A stretch of 64,000 nt of DNA from Acidimicrobiales bacterium (GCA_035649475.1 DASRJM010000164.1:20521-84520), one strand, 5' to 3'; shown: positions 34,092 to 43,466, numbered from the stretch's first letter. A program made the numbers and translations. The notes: generated by a model from the sequence alone, not told the origin.

Positions 34092-35893
34092 GCGCTGCTC
34101 TCCCCCTCGTCACAGCGGACGTAGAGCTCGTAGATCGGGCGCCCGTCGCCGGCCGCAGGGTTGTCCCCGTAGCGGTCGTGGAAGCAGTACAGGTCGTCGA
34201 GGACACGGTTCGGCTCCTCCGAGCCCGGGTCCATGGACGTGTTGGGCTCGATCCAGTTGTCGTACATCGTCGACAGGATCACGACATCGGACTCCCGCAG
34301 CTCGTCGGCCAGGGCGGAGTCCTCGGCGTTGGCCACGCCCGGGTCCATCTCGATGTAGCGCGTGCCGGGCTCGAGGTCGGGGAGCAGGTAGTAGAGGTAG
34401 GCCTCGCTGTACGGGGTGCGCCGCAGGTCGCCCGTGCCGACGATGACCTTGTCGCCCGGCTCCGTCAGCTCCTCCACGTCGGCCAGCATGGCCTCGGCCG
34501 CCACGGGGACGTCCTGGCGGCCGTAGTAGAAGCTGCGGCCCTCGTGGTCGACCGAGTACACGACCCGGTCGTAGTTGACGCTCTGCGCGACGTAGTCGGC
34601 GTACCAGCGGTACGTGAAGTGGGGGAACAGGAACAGGAGCGCCAGCGGGGCCAGCATGGCCGTGCGGGCCAGCACGACCCGCGTCCCCCGCAGGCGGGCG
34701 GCCTCGGCCAGGAAGGCCGGCAGCAGGCCGAACGGCACGCAGCTGACCCACGAGAGGTGGGCGGTGTCGGCCCGCTGCACGACCTGGGGCAACAGGCCGG
34801 CGGCGAACAGCGCCAGGGCGAGCAGCCGCCAGCCGTGGGGGCTGCCCGACCGCCGGGACCACACGGCGATGGCGACGAGCAGTGCGCACACCGCCACCAG
34901 CACCCAGAACCAGACGGCGATCTGCATCGGCTGGCGCGGCGTCGGGAACGGCCACGGGAACTCCCGGAAGGCGAAGGCCCGGTTGAGGAAGCTCGTGTAC
35001 TCGTCGTGCGGGGGCGGGAACGGCAGCCGGCGCCCGGGCCGCAGCTCGAACACCGGCTCGAGGAACATGCCCCGGACGACGTTGCCGGGCCCCGCCAGTG
35101 CCAGGTGGACGAGGTAGGGGCTGAGGCCGAGCACCACGCCCAGCGCGAGCCGTCCGCGGCCATCGCCGTCGAGCGCCCACACGAACAGGACGCCGAGCGC
35201 CAGGCCCAGGCACACCACGAGGTCGGGCCGGAACAGCAGCGCCACCCCCGCGAGCAGGCCCGCGAACAACAGCGTGCGGCGCCGGTTGGCACCCGGGTCG
35301 AGCGCCCGGGCGGCGATGGCGACGGCCCACAGCGCCAGGGCGAGGCCGCCCACCCAGGCGAGGGCGGTCGCGCCGATGGGCGGGATGATGATGATGGCCG
35401 TGGCCACCCCGCACAGGGCGGCGGCGTAGCGACCCCAGCGGTAGCCGACGTAGGTCGTGGCGGCGATCAGCCCGACCAGCTGGAGCACGCCCACGGCCCG
35501 CTCGGTCCACATGGACACGCCGAACGCCTTGAAGAACGCGGCGATCGTCCAGATGCTGCCGGGGCCGTAGAGGTGCAGGTAGTCGCGGTTGGGGATGTCG
35601 CCCCGGAGCAGGCGCTCCGGGAACACGATCATGAACCCCTCCTCCATGGGCGCGCCCGGGGCCCGGAGCACGCCCCGCAGGGGGAGCGCGACGGCCAGGC
35701 CGACCACGACGGTGGGGACCACCCAGCCGTGACGGTCGAGCCAGGCCCGCACGCCGCGGCTGCCGCCGTCGCCGTCGCCGGCCTCGCCGGGGGCCGCGCC
35801 CGCCGTGGCATCGGCGCCCTCGGCGGCGTCCGGTGCCGCCGTGGCGGCGGGCGGCGCCTTCCGCTCGGTGCCCGCCCCCGTGTCGGTGCTCAC
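34088..35893 (-). CDS. polytopic membrane protein with a C-terminal soluble domain (putative GT-C-like glycosyltransferase)
   Basis: ORF 34088..36703 trimmed to the GTG at 35893 (VSTDTGAG). About 12 TM helices followed by a soluble domain of about 170 aa. There are 4-nt overlaps with the genes on both sides. Confidence 0.6.
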   Translation of the reverse strand: MSTDTGAGTERKAPPAATAAPDAAEGADATAGAAPGEAGDGDGGSRGVRAWLDRHGWVVPTVVVGLAVALPLRGVLRAPGAPMEEGFMIVFPERLLRGDIPNRDYLHLYGPGSIWTIAAFFKAFGVSMWTERAVGVLQLVGLIAATTYVGYRWGRYAAALCGVATAIIIIPPIGATALAWVGGLALALWAVAIAARALDPGANRRRTLLFAGLLAGVALLFRPDLVVCLGLALGVLFVWALDGDGRGRLALGVVLGLSPYLVHLALAGPGNVVRGMFLEPVFELRPGRRLPFPPPHDEYTSFLNRAFAFREFPWPFPTPRQPMQIAVWFWVLVAVCALLVAIAVWSRRSGSPHGWRLLALALFAAGLLPQVVQRADTAHLSWVSCVPFGLLPAFLAEAARLRGTRVVLARTAMLAPLALLFLFPHFTYRWYADYVAQSVNYDRVVYSVDHEGRSFYYGRQDVPVAAEAMLADVEELTEPGDKVIVGTGDLRRTPYSEAYLYYLLPDLEPGTRYIEMDPGVANAEDSALADELRESDVVILSTMYDNWIEPNTSMDPGSEEPNRVLDDLYCFHDRYGDNPAAGDGRPIYELYVRCDEGESSA

Positions 35894-38682
35894 GCCGCGG
35901 CCCCCGCGGGCGAGGCGTCTGCCGGGAGCCCGACCGGCCGCCAGCCGCCGAACAGCTTGTGGTGGCCGTCCTTGAGGGCCAGCGCCGGCCGCTCGATCAC
36001 GACGTACGACACGGCCGCGGCCGCCACGCTGCCGGCCAGGGTGACCGCCAGCGCTGCCGGGAACGAGCCCGTGAAGATGGGCACGTCGAAGACGTCGCGG
36101 TAGATATCCGTCACCCCCTCGTGCCAGAGGTAGATGCCGTACGACACCACCCCCAGTGCCACCATCGGTCGGCTGCCCAGCCAGCGCAGGGACCGGGGCA
36201 GCGTGGCACCTGCCAGGGCCACCGGCAAGATGAGCAGGAAGCCGACGCCGCCGTAGAGCAGCTCCTTGACCACGCCCTGGGTCGCCTCGGTGGCGCCCAC
36301 CTCGAAGCCCAGCCCGAGCTGGGTCGAGACCGCCCAGAAGCAGGCACCCGCGCCCAGCCAGCACGCCAGCGGGTGGCGGCGGGGCCACTCCAGGATGCGC
36401 AGCGGGGCGTCGCGGCGGCGGGACCACTCGAGCGCCACCGCCAGTGCCATTCCCGGGACGAACAGGTGGAAGTTGGCGGGCAGCCAGTGGAGGCGGGGGT
36501 CGAAGGTGCCGAGCGAGACATCGTCGCCCGAGAGGCCGTGGAGCCAGTAGCGGAAGGCCAGGGCCCCCGCCGCCGCCAGCCCGAGGATGCCCAGCTCGGC
36601 GACCACGGCCCGGCGCGGGGCGAGCTTGCGCCACAGCCAGGCCCCGCCCGCCGCCCACAGCGGCAGGAGGATGTAGAAGGCCACCTCGTTGGTCAGCGTC
36701 CACGCCTGCTGGAGCCCGCCGAGGGCGGTCTCGGCCGAGTAGCTCTGCAGCAGGCCGTAGTAGGTGACGAAGTCGCCGAGGCTCTGGAAGTCGTTGCGGT
36801 CGCGCACGTCCAGGACCACGGCGAGCACGGTCAGGGCCAGCCAGTAGGCGGGGAAGATGCGCAGGAACCGGTTGCGCAGGTAGTCGCGGGTGCGGCCGGG
36901 CGACCGACCGTCCATCCGCCGGGCCACGAACGGGCGGTACAGCAGGAACCCCGACAGCACGAAGAACACCGCCACGCCCACGTCGAGGCGGGACAGGTAG
37001 TGGCCCCGGGGGTCACGCACGACGAACCCAACGTGCAGGGCGACGTGGGTGACCAGCACGCCGAGGGCGGCCAGGGCCCGCAGCCCGTCGAACCCGGCGA
37101 ACCGGCCCGAGGACGAGCCCAGGCCGCCGGGGACCTCGGACAGCGAGTCGCCGGCCGCGGGCGCCCCGGGCCCGGCGCCGCCACCGGCCGGGTCCTCGGC
37201 GGGTGACGCCGGGTGGCCGGGCTCCCCGGCCGCCCCCGGCTCGGGCGGGGGAGCGGGCTCCGGCTCGGGCGGGGGCTCGCCCCGGCGGTTGCGCCGCCAG
37301 GTGAGGACGGCCGCGTCGAGCGATACCGCGGCCGGGACCATCAGCGCCAGCTCGCCGGGCAGCCGGAACCGGGTGGTGCCGTACACGACCGCCACGGTCA
37401 CCACCACCGTGGCCACGATCACCACCAGCGGGAAGATGGGGCGGCGGGCGCGGCGCAGGCCGATCAGGCCGATGGCGCCCGCTACCGCCGTCGCGTACCA
37501 GACGAACAGGCCGGCCTGGCCGAGCACCGGCTCCTTCGACTCGACCTGGTGGTCGACGAAGATCTGCTCCTGGGGCTCGTAGAGGCCGAAGGTGCGGCCC
37601 ACCCGGGCCGCCACCACGTAGGGGACCCGCTCGGCGTGGTCGCGCGCGTACTGGCGGGCGATGCGGGCGAACCCCCGGCCCTGCGCGGAGGCATCGCCGT
37701 CGCCGACCAGGGGCTCGGCCTCCTGGATGCAGGACAGCGCCCAGTAGCCGACCCGGTCGTCGTAGTAGACCTCGTCGCAGTTGGCGGTTCCCAGCGTCTG
37801 GTCGAACTGGGCCGAGAGCGTGGTCGGCTCCTGGAACCGGGACATGTTGTACGCCACCCACGGCCCGATCACCACGGCGGCCACTAGGCCCGCCGCCCCG
37901 AGCTGCACGAGCCACCCGCGGGCGGGGGCGCGCTCCCCGGCCGCGTCGCGCCGGTAGCGCCACCACACCAGCGGGATCGCGATGGCCGGCCCCAGCAGGA
38001 TCGCCTCCGACCGCACCAGCGCGGCCACGCCGATCGTCGCCCCGAACAGCGCGGCGGCGGCCGCGCCCGGCCGGTCCCACCACCGGTAGGCCGCCAGCAG
38101 CACGAGCGCGGTGGTCGACACGACCAGCGTCTCGGACACCACCTGGGCGTCGAAGATGAACACGTTGGGGCTGAGCGCGGTCATCCCGGCCACGATCAGC
38201 CCGACCCGCTCGCCGGCGATGCGGCGGCCGGCCAGACCCATGGCCACGATGCCGAGCCCGCCGAGCACGCAGGTCACGACCTGGTGGGTCAGGAACGAGC
38301 GGAGGCCCAGCCACGAGAACCCGGCCAGGACCGTGAGGTAGCCGGGCGGGTGGTCGGCGCCCGGCATGCGCCGGCCCTCGAGCAGCCAGCGGAACGGGTG
38401 GATGTAGCCCTCGCCGTCGGCCAGCAGGTTGGCGCCGTGGTGGTAGTAGTACGGGTCGCCCAGCACCGTCCACGGGTTGCGCCACCCGAACAGGTACAGG
38501 AACCGCACCCCGAGCCCGGCGGCCACGATGACCCCCAGCCACAGGGCGAAGCGCCGGGGCCGGGACGGTCCGCCCGCGGGTGCGGCCTCCGGGCGCTCCT
38601 CGATGCGCCCGGCGACGTCCCCGGCGGCGGGCACGCCGTCGTCGGTGACGGTCGCGGTCGGCGGTGTCTCAGTGGATGTCAT
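35890..38682 (-). CDS. fusion protein: GT-C glycosyltransferase (ArnT/PMT_2, family 39-like) plus acyltransferase family 3 (AT3) domain
   Basis: ORF 35890..38919 trimmed to the ATG at 38682 (MTSTETPP). N-terminal GT-C motif (DPYYYHHGANLLADGEGY...HPPGYLTVLAG). Pro-rich linker EPPPEPEPAPPPEP. AT3 motifs FDGLRALAALGVLVTHV and RIFPAYW. No stop codon between the two modules. Confidence 0.75.
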   Translation of the reverse strand: MTSTETPPTATVTDDGVPAAGDVAGRIEERPEAAPAGGPSRPRRFALWLGVIVAAGLGVRFLYLFGWRNPWTVLGDPYYYHHGANLLADGEGYIHPFRWLLEGRRMPGADHPPGYLTVLAGFSWLGLRSFLTHQVVTCVLGGLGIVAMGLAGRRIAGERVGLIVAGMTALSPNVFIFDAQVVSETLVVSTTALVLLAAYRWWDRPGAAAAALFGATIGVAALVRSEAILLGPAIAIPLVWWRYRRDAAGERAPARGWLVQLGAAGLVAAVVIGPWVAYNMSRFQEPTTLSAQFDQTLGTANCDEVYYDDRVGYWALSCIQEAEPLVGDGDASAQGRGFARIARQYARDHAERVPYVVAARVGRTFGLYEPQEQIFVDHQVESKEPVLGQAGLFVWYATAVAGAIGLIGLRRARRPIFPLVVIVATVVVTVAVVYGTTRFRLPGELALMVPAAVSLDAAVLTWRRNRRGEPPPEPEPAPPPEPGAAGEPGHPASPAEDPAGGGAGPGAPAAGDSLSEVPGGLGSSSGRFAGFDGLRALAALGVLVTHVALHVGFVVRDPRGHYLSRLDVGVAVFFVLSGFLLYRPFVARRMDGRSPGRTRDYLRNRFLRIFPAYWLALTVLAVVLDVRDRNDFQSLGDFVTYYGLLQSYSAETALGGLQQAWTLTNEVAFYILLPLWAAGGAWLWRKLAPRRAVVAELGILGLAAAGALAFRYWLHGLSGDDVSLGTFDPRLHWLPANFHLFVPGMALAVALEWSRRRDAPLRILEWPRRHPLACWLGAGACFWAVSTQLGLGFEVGATEATQGVVKELLYGGVGFLLILPVALAGATLPRSLRWLGSRPMVALGVVSYGIYLWHEGVTDIYRDVFDVPIFTGSFPAALAVTLAGSVAAAAVSYVVIERPALALKDGHHKLFGGWRPVGLPADASPAGAAA

Positions 38683-38848
38683 CGGCGGTCGTCGACCGGC
38701 CCGCCCCCGCGACGGTCCGTCGTCGCGGCCGTCAGCCCCGGGCGGTCGGCCATCGCACGACACTAGTGGCGCGGGCCGCGGCCCCGAGGATTCCAGCCAC
38801 GGGGTGGTCAGGCGGCTCAGGGCGCTCGCCCCACTAGGGTGACCCGCC

Positions 38849-40240
38849 GTGCCCGACGCACTCCGTGACTGGGGGAGGCGAGTGCTGCCGCCGGTCCCGC
38901 CGCTGTCCCGCCGCGCCATGTGGTGGCTGGTGGCGATCGTGGCCGCCGGCGCGGTGCTGCGCCTGGCGTGGGCGACCCAGGCCGAGGAGCCCGTGGCGCT
39001 CCGCGACCCGTCGCTCTACCTCGTGCTCGCCGACCACGTGGCGGCCGGCGACGGCTACACCTACGGCGACGGCCCCGACCAGGGCCAGACCGCCTACTAC
39101 CCGCCCGGCTACCCGGTGGCCCTGGGCGCGGTGATCTGGCTGGTCCGACTCGTGCCCGGCGACTGGTCCGCCTTCGGCGTCGCGGTCGGGATGAACGTGG
39201 TGCTGTCGGTGGCGACGATCGGCCTGGTGTTCGCGCTCGCCCGCCGGCTGGCCGGCAACGCGGTGGGGCTGGTGGCCGCAGGCATCTGGGCCTTGTGGCC
39301 CAACCTCGTCTTCCACAGTGCGATCGTGCTGACCGAGACGCTCTTCCTGTTCCTGTTCGTGCTCCTGTTGCTGGTGGCGCTGGCGGACCCGGCGGTGGCG
39401 CGGGCGCCCGGCACGCGCCGGCTGGTGGCGATCGGCGTGTTGTTCGGCGCGTGCGCGCTCGTGCGCCCTGTGTCGCTGGTGGCCGCGCCGGCGTTCCTCG
39501 TCCTGTGGTGGGGGCCCGCGGTGCGGACCGTCCTGTGGCGGGGCGCGTTGGCGGGGCTGGCGGCCGTGGCCGTGATGGTGCCGTGGGCGGTGCGGTCGAC
39601 GCTGGTGATGGACGAGCCGGTGGCCCTGTCGCTCAACCTGGGAGACAACCTGTGCCTCGGCCACAACCCCGGCGCGTCCGGCGGCTTCGGCGACCTGGGC
39701 GAGCACTGCTTCACGGCGGAGGGCCTGCAGCGGCCCGAGTCCGAGACCCGGCGCCAGTCCGAGAACGTCGACCGGGCCCTGCGCTACATCCGCGACGAGC
39801 CGGGCACCACCCTGCGCCGCACCGTCACCAAGGCCCGCATCACGCTGGAGGACGACGCCGACGGCCTCGACGTGGCCGAGGACTTCGGCGCCCGGCGCAT
39901 CGTGTCCGGTGGCACCCGGGACACGCTGGAGCTGGCGGCCAACGCGTTCTACGCCGTCGTCGCCGTGGCGGGCATCGCCGGCGCGGTCATCCTCGTCCGC
40001 CGGACCGACCCCGGCCGCCGGGGCCTGTTCCTCGTCGTGGTGGGCCTCGCCCAGCTGGCGACGCCCCTGGCCACGTTCGGCGACCCGCGGTTCAAGATGC
40101 CGCTCTACCCGACGCTGGCCGTGGGCGCGGCCGTGGCGCTGGTGGCTGCCGCCGACCGCCTGCGGAGCCGACGTGCCGCCGGGGACGGCGGCTCAGCGCC
40201 GGGGGAGGATCGGGGCGTCCCGGCCCGTGCCGCGACCTGA
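38849..40240 (+). CDS. GT-C glycosyltransferase (ArnT/PMT_2, family 39-like)
   Basis: 463 aa. Paralogous to the N-terminal module of 35890..38682 (DPSLYLVLADHVAAGDGYTY...YYPPGYPVALG). Polytopic. An alternative start is at MWWLVAIV. Confidence 0.75.
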   Translation: MPDALRDWGRRVLPPVPPLSRRAMWWLVAIVAAGAVLRLAWATQAEEPVALRDPSLYLVLADHVAAGDGYTYGDGPDQGQTAYYPPGYPVALGAVIWLVRLVPGDWSAFGVAVGMNVVLSVATIGLVFALARRLAGNAVGLVAAGIWALWPNLVFHSAIVLTETLFLFLFVLLLLVALADPAVARAPGTRRLVAIGVLFGACALVRPVSLVAAPAFLVLWWGPAVRTVLWRGALAGLAAVAVMVPWAVRSTLVMDEPVALSLNLGDNLCLGHNPGASGGFGDLGEHCFTAEGLQRPESETRRQSENVDRALRYIRDEPGTTLRRTVTKARITLEDDADGLDVAEDFGARRIVSGGTRDTLELAANAFYAVVAVAGIAGAVILVRRTDPGRRGLFLVVVGLAQLATPLATFGDPRFKMPLYPTLAVGAAVALVAAADRLRSRRAAGDGGSAPGEDRGVPARAAT

Positions 40241-41731
40241 GGGTGTGGCCCCGGGGGCCGCCTCCTCGTGGTACTCCTCCTCGACGTTCACCGACCAGAT
40301 GTCGTGGTCGGCGCCGCTGATGATGTTCTCCACGGTCAGCATGGCGGTGTACATCGAGTGGTCCTGGTTGTTGTACCGGTGCATGCCGTTGCGCCCGATC
40401 GGGTGGATGTTGGGGACGTTGGCCTCCAGCCACTCCCGCAGCACGGCGACCCGCTCGGCGTAGCCCTCGTCGTAGACGGGGTAGGCCTTCGGCATCCGGA
40501 CCACGTAGCCGGCCTCGACGTCGGAGGCTTTGACCAGGCCCATCACCTCGAGCTCGGCCTTACCCTTCTCGACGAGCTCCTCGTCGGTGGCCGTCCACCA
40601 CTCGTCGCCTTCGACGACCGTGTACTCGAGCCCGAGCACGTTGCGGCCGTCGTGGACCATGTACGGCGACCACGAGCCGAAGTTCTGCACCCGCATGGTT
40701 TTCACCTCGGGCGCGTGGATGTAGATCCAGTTGTCGGTCCACGGCACCTTCTCGGCCGGCACGACGAGGGCCACCGACAGGAAGTCCCGGAAGTAGAGGT
40801 CGTCGGCCGCAGCCCGCACCTCGGGCGGGGGCGGCGGGTCCATGGCCTTGACCAGCAGCGGGTACGGCATCGAGGAGATCACGTGGTCGGCCGGGTACTC
40901 GGTGGTGAGGCCGTCGGACTCGACCACGACAGACACCGCCTTGCCGCCCTCACGGCGGATGCGGGTCACCGGGGCCTCCAAGATGACCTTGGTGCCGGCG
41001 GCCTCGACGAGCTCGCGGCAGCGCTCCCACATCATGCCGGGGCCGTACTTGGGGTACTGGAAGCGCTCGATGAGGCTGGTGACCTGCTTGGACTTGTCGC
41101 GGCGCCGCCCGGCCAGCCGGGCACGCACGGGTTCCCACACGGCGTCCCACAGCGACATGCCCTTGATGCGCTGGGCACCCCAGTCGGCGGAGATCTCGGA
41201 GGTGGGGACCGCCCACACCTTCTCGCTGTAGGTCTTGAAGAAGTGGCTGTAGAGCCGCCAGCCGTAGTTGGCGACCACGTAGTCCTCGAGGGACCTGATC
41301 TCCCGCGGCGGCCGCACCCGGATCCACAGGAACGACAGGCCGCAGCGCACCGCCTCGACCGGCCCGAGCGCGAGGACCGCCTTGAGCGGCTTGAGCGGGT
41401 AGTCGAAGAACCGGCCCTGGTAGTAGATGTGGCTCTCCCGGGGCCGGAGCATGAACTCGTCGTCGTCGAGGACCTCGTGCCAGAACTCCTCGACCCGCGG
41501 CACCTTGGTGAAGAACCGGTGGCCGCCGATGTCGAAGCGCCAGCCGTCCCGCTCGACCGTGCGGCTGATGCCGCCGACGACCGAGTCGCTCTCGAGCACC
41601 GTGCTGGTGACGCTCGCCTTGCCGAGCTCGTGGGCCGCGGTCAGCCCTGCGGGCCCGGCGCCGATGATCACGATGCTTCCGGGGCCCGCGTCCGGCGACG
41701 GTGACGGCGCGGTGATGTCGGACTCACTCAC
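40193..41731 (-). CDS. NAD(P)/FAD-dependent oxidoreductase (amine-oxidase / UDP-galactopyranose-mutase-like fold)
   Basis: 512 aa with the dinucleotide motif IVIIGAGPAGLTAAHEL and GGISRT...GGHRFF. Its 3' end overlaps the convergent GT-C gene by 48 nt. Confidence 0.8.
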   Translation of the reverse strand: MSESDITAPSPSPDAGPGSIVIIGAGPAGLTAAHELGKASVTSTVLESDSVVGGISRTVERDGWRFDIGGHRFFTKVPRVEEFWHEVLDDDEFMLRPRESHIYYQGRFFDYPLKPLKAVLALGPVEAVRCGLSFLWIRVRPPREIRSLEDYVVANYGWRLYSHFFKTYSEKVWAVPTSEISADWGAQRIKGMSLWDAVWEPVRARLAGRRRDKSKQVTSLIERFQYPKYGPGMMWERCRELVEAAGTKVILEAPVTRIRREGGKAVSVVVESDGLTTEYPADHVISSMPYPLLVKAMDPPPPPEVRAAADDLYFRDFLSVALVVPAEKVPWTDNWIYIHAPEVKTMRVQNFGSWSPYMVHDGRNVLGLEYTVVEGDEWWTATDEELVEKGKAELEVMGLVKASDVEAGYVVRMPKAYPVYDEGYAERVAVLREWLEANVPNIHPIGRNGMHRYNNQDHSMYTAMLTVENIISGADHDIWSVNVEEEYHEEAAPGATPSGRGTGRDAPILPRR

Positions 41732-41894
41732 GAGAGTCGCTCTCTCCCTCAGCGGTGCGGACGTGGAGGAGCCACTTTACCGACCGGGTGGCCGCGGGCT
41801 GCCACTTCGGGCGGCCGGGGGGCACGATCCGCCCGGGTCACCTTGCGCCGGGATGAAGGCCGCACGGCAGGGCCGTTGCTAGCATCGCCGCTTC

Positions 41895-43454
41895 ATGCGC
41901 ACCCTGGTCGACGGAGCCGTCGAGGACGACGCCGTAGTCGCCGAGGCCGGGCGGGCGCGGCGCCTCCCCGGCGGGGTGGCGCCCGTCGTGCTGGGCGGCA
42001 TCGTCGCGCTCGGGGTTGTGTTGCGGTTCGTCCAGCGTTCGCCGCTGTGGCTGGACGAGGCGCTCAGCGTCAACATCGCCGTGCTGCCGCCGGGGGATCT
42101 GCTCGACGCTCTCCGCCACGACGGCCACCCGCCTCTCTACTACCTGATCCTCCACTACTGGATGAAGGTGGTCGGCGAGGGCGACGTCGCCGTCCGGGCC
42201 CTGTCGGGGCTGTTCGCCGTGGCCGCGCTGCCGCTCGCGTGGGTGGCGGGGCGCCGGCTGGCCGGCGGTTCGGGCGCGCGCTGGGCCCTGATCGTGGTGG
42301 CGCTGTCCCCGTTCTGGGTCCGCTACGCCACCGAGACCCGCATGTACTCGCTGGTCATGCTGCTGGTGCTCGCGGGCTACCTGCTGATCGTCGACGCCCT
42401 CGAGCAGCCCCGGGCCTGGCGGCTCGTGGCGGCCGGGCTGATCAGCGGCGTGCTGTTGCTGACCCACTACTGGTCCATCTATCTGCTGGCCGCGGTGCTC
42501 GCGCTGCTGGCCGTGCGGTGGTGGCGCCAGCCCGCCGACCGGCCCTCGACGCTGCGGGTGGGCCTCGCGCTGATCGCGGGCTCGGTGCTGTTCCTGCCGT
42601 GGCTCGGTGGGTTCCTCTACCAGGCGGGCCACACCGGCACGCCCTGGGGCGAGCCGTTCCGGCCCACGGCCGTGTTGCAGACGACGCTGGGCGAGTTCGG
42701 CGGCGGCGAGGTGAGCGAGGCCGTGCTGTACGGGTCGGTGGCGCTGATCCTGGTCCTGGTCGCGCTGTTCACCATCTCCTCCGCCGACCACCAGTTGACC
42801 CTCGACCTGCGGACCGCGCCGGTCGTGCGGTGGGAACTGGCCGCCGTCGGCCTGGCCCTGCTGATCGGCTCGGCCGCCGGCTTCCTCACCAGCACCACCT
42901 ACCAGAGCCGCTATGCGGCGGTGGTGGCGCCGCTCGTGCTCCTGGCCGTGGCGGTCGGCATCACCCGGGTGCCGGGCGTGGGGCGCCTGCTGGTCGGCCT
43001 GGTGTACGTCGGCTTCTCGCTGGGCGGGATCATCTGGGTCAACTACTACCAGCGCACCCAGTCCGAGCTGGTGGGCGGCGCCGTCGCCGCCCGGGCCCAG
43101 CCGGGCGACGTGGTGGTGTACTGCCCGGACCAGCTCGGCCCCGCCTACTCCCGGGAGATGCCCGACGGGCTGGTCGAGCTGTCCTACCCCGCGCTGGCCT
43201 CGCCCGAGCGGGTCGACTGGGCCGACTACGCCGAGCGGAACGCAGCCGCCGACCCGGCCGCGATCGCCGAGGAGATCCTGGCGGAGGCCGACGGCCACGC
43301 CGTGTTCCTGGTGTGGGCGTCGGAGTACCGCACGTTCGGCAACCAGTGCGAGTCGCTGGTGGGGGCGCTCGGCCTGTCCGACACGCTGGTCGTCCAGGAC
43401 AAGAGCCGGTTCTTCGAGCCCGCCTTCGTGCACTGGCGGCCCGCGACGCCCTGA
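41895..43454 (+). CDS. GT-C mannosyltransferase-like protein (PMT_2 / family 39-like)
   Basis: 519 aa. WLDEALSVNIA...DGHPPLYYLILHYWMKV is the typical first-loop acidic motif of polyprenyl-phosphate-sugar-dependent GT-C enzymes. About 10 TM helices plus a C-terminal soluble domain. Confidence 0.8.
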   Translation: MRTLVDGAVEDDAVVAEAGRARRLPGGVAPVVLGGIVALGVVLRFVQRSPLWLDEALSVNIAVLPPGDLLDALRHDGHPPLYYLILHYWMKVVGEGDVAVRALSGLFAVAALPLAWVAGRRLAGGSGARWALIVVALSPFWVRYATETRMYSLVMLLVLAGYLLIVDALEQPRAWRLVAAGLISGVLLLTHYWSIYLLAAVLALLAVRWWRQPADRPSTLRVGLALIAGSVLFLPWLGGFLYQAGHTGTPWGEPFRPTAVLQTTLGEFGGGEVSEAVLYGSVALILVLVALFTISSADHQLTLDLRTAPVVRWELAAVGLALLIGSAAGFLTSTTYQSRYAAVVAPLVLLAVAVGITRVPGVGRLLVGLVYVGFSLGGIIWVNYYQRTQSELVGGAVAARAQPGDVVVYCPDQLGPAYSREMPDGLVELSYPALASPERVDWADYAERNAAADPAAIAEEILAEADGHAVFLVWASEYRTFGNQCESLVGALGLSDTLVVQDKSRFFEPAFVHWRPATP

Positions 43455-43466
43455 CCAGGCGCGATC

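Noticed and set aside
41732-41894. Possible cobalamin riboswitch upstream of the GT-C gene (two GCCACT-like boxes)
   Set aside because: There is no B12-box-like core, the gap is only 163 nt, and the downstream gene is not B12-related. Only cmsearch could settle it, but I see no support by eye.
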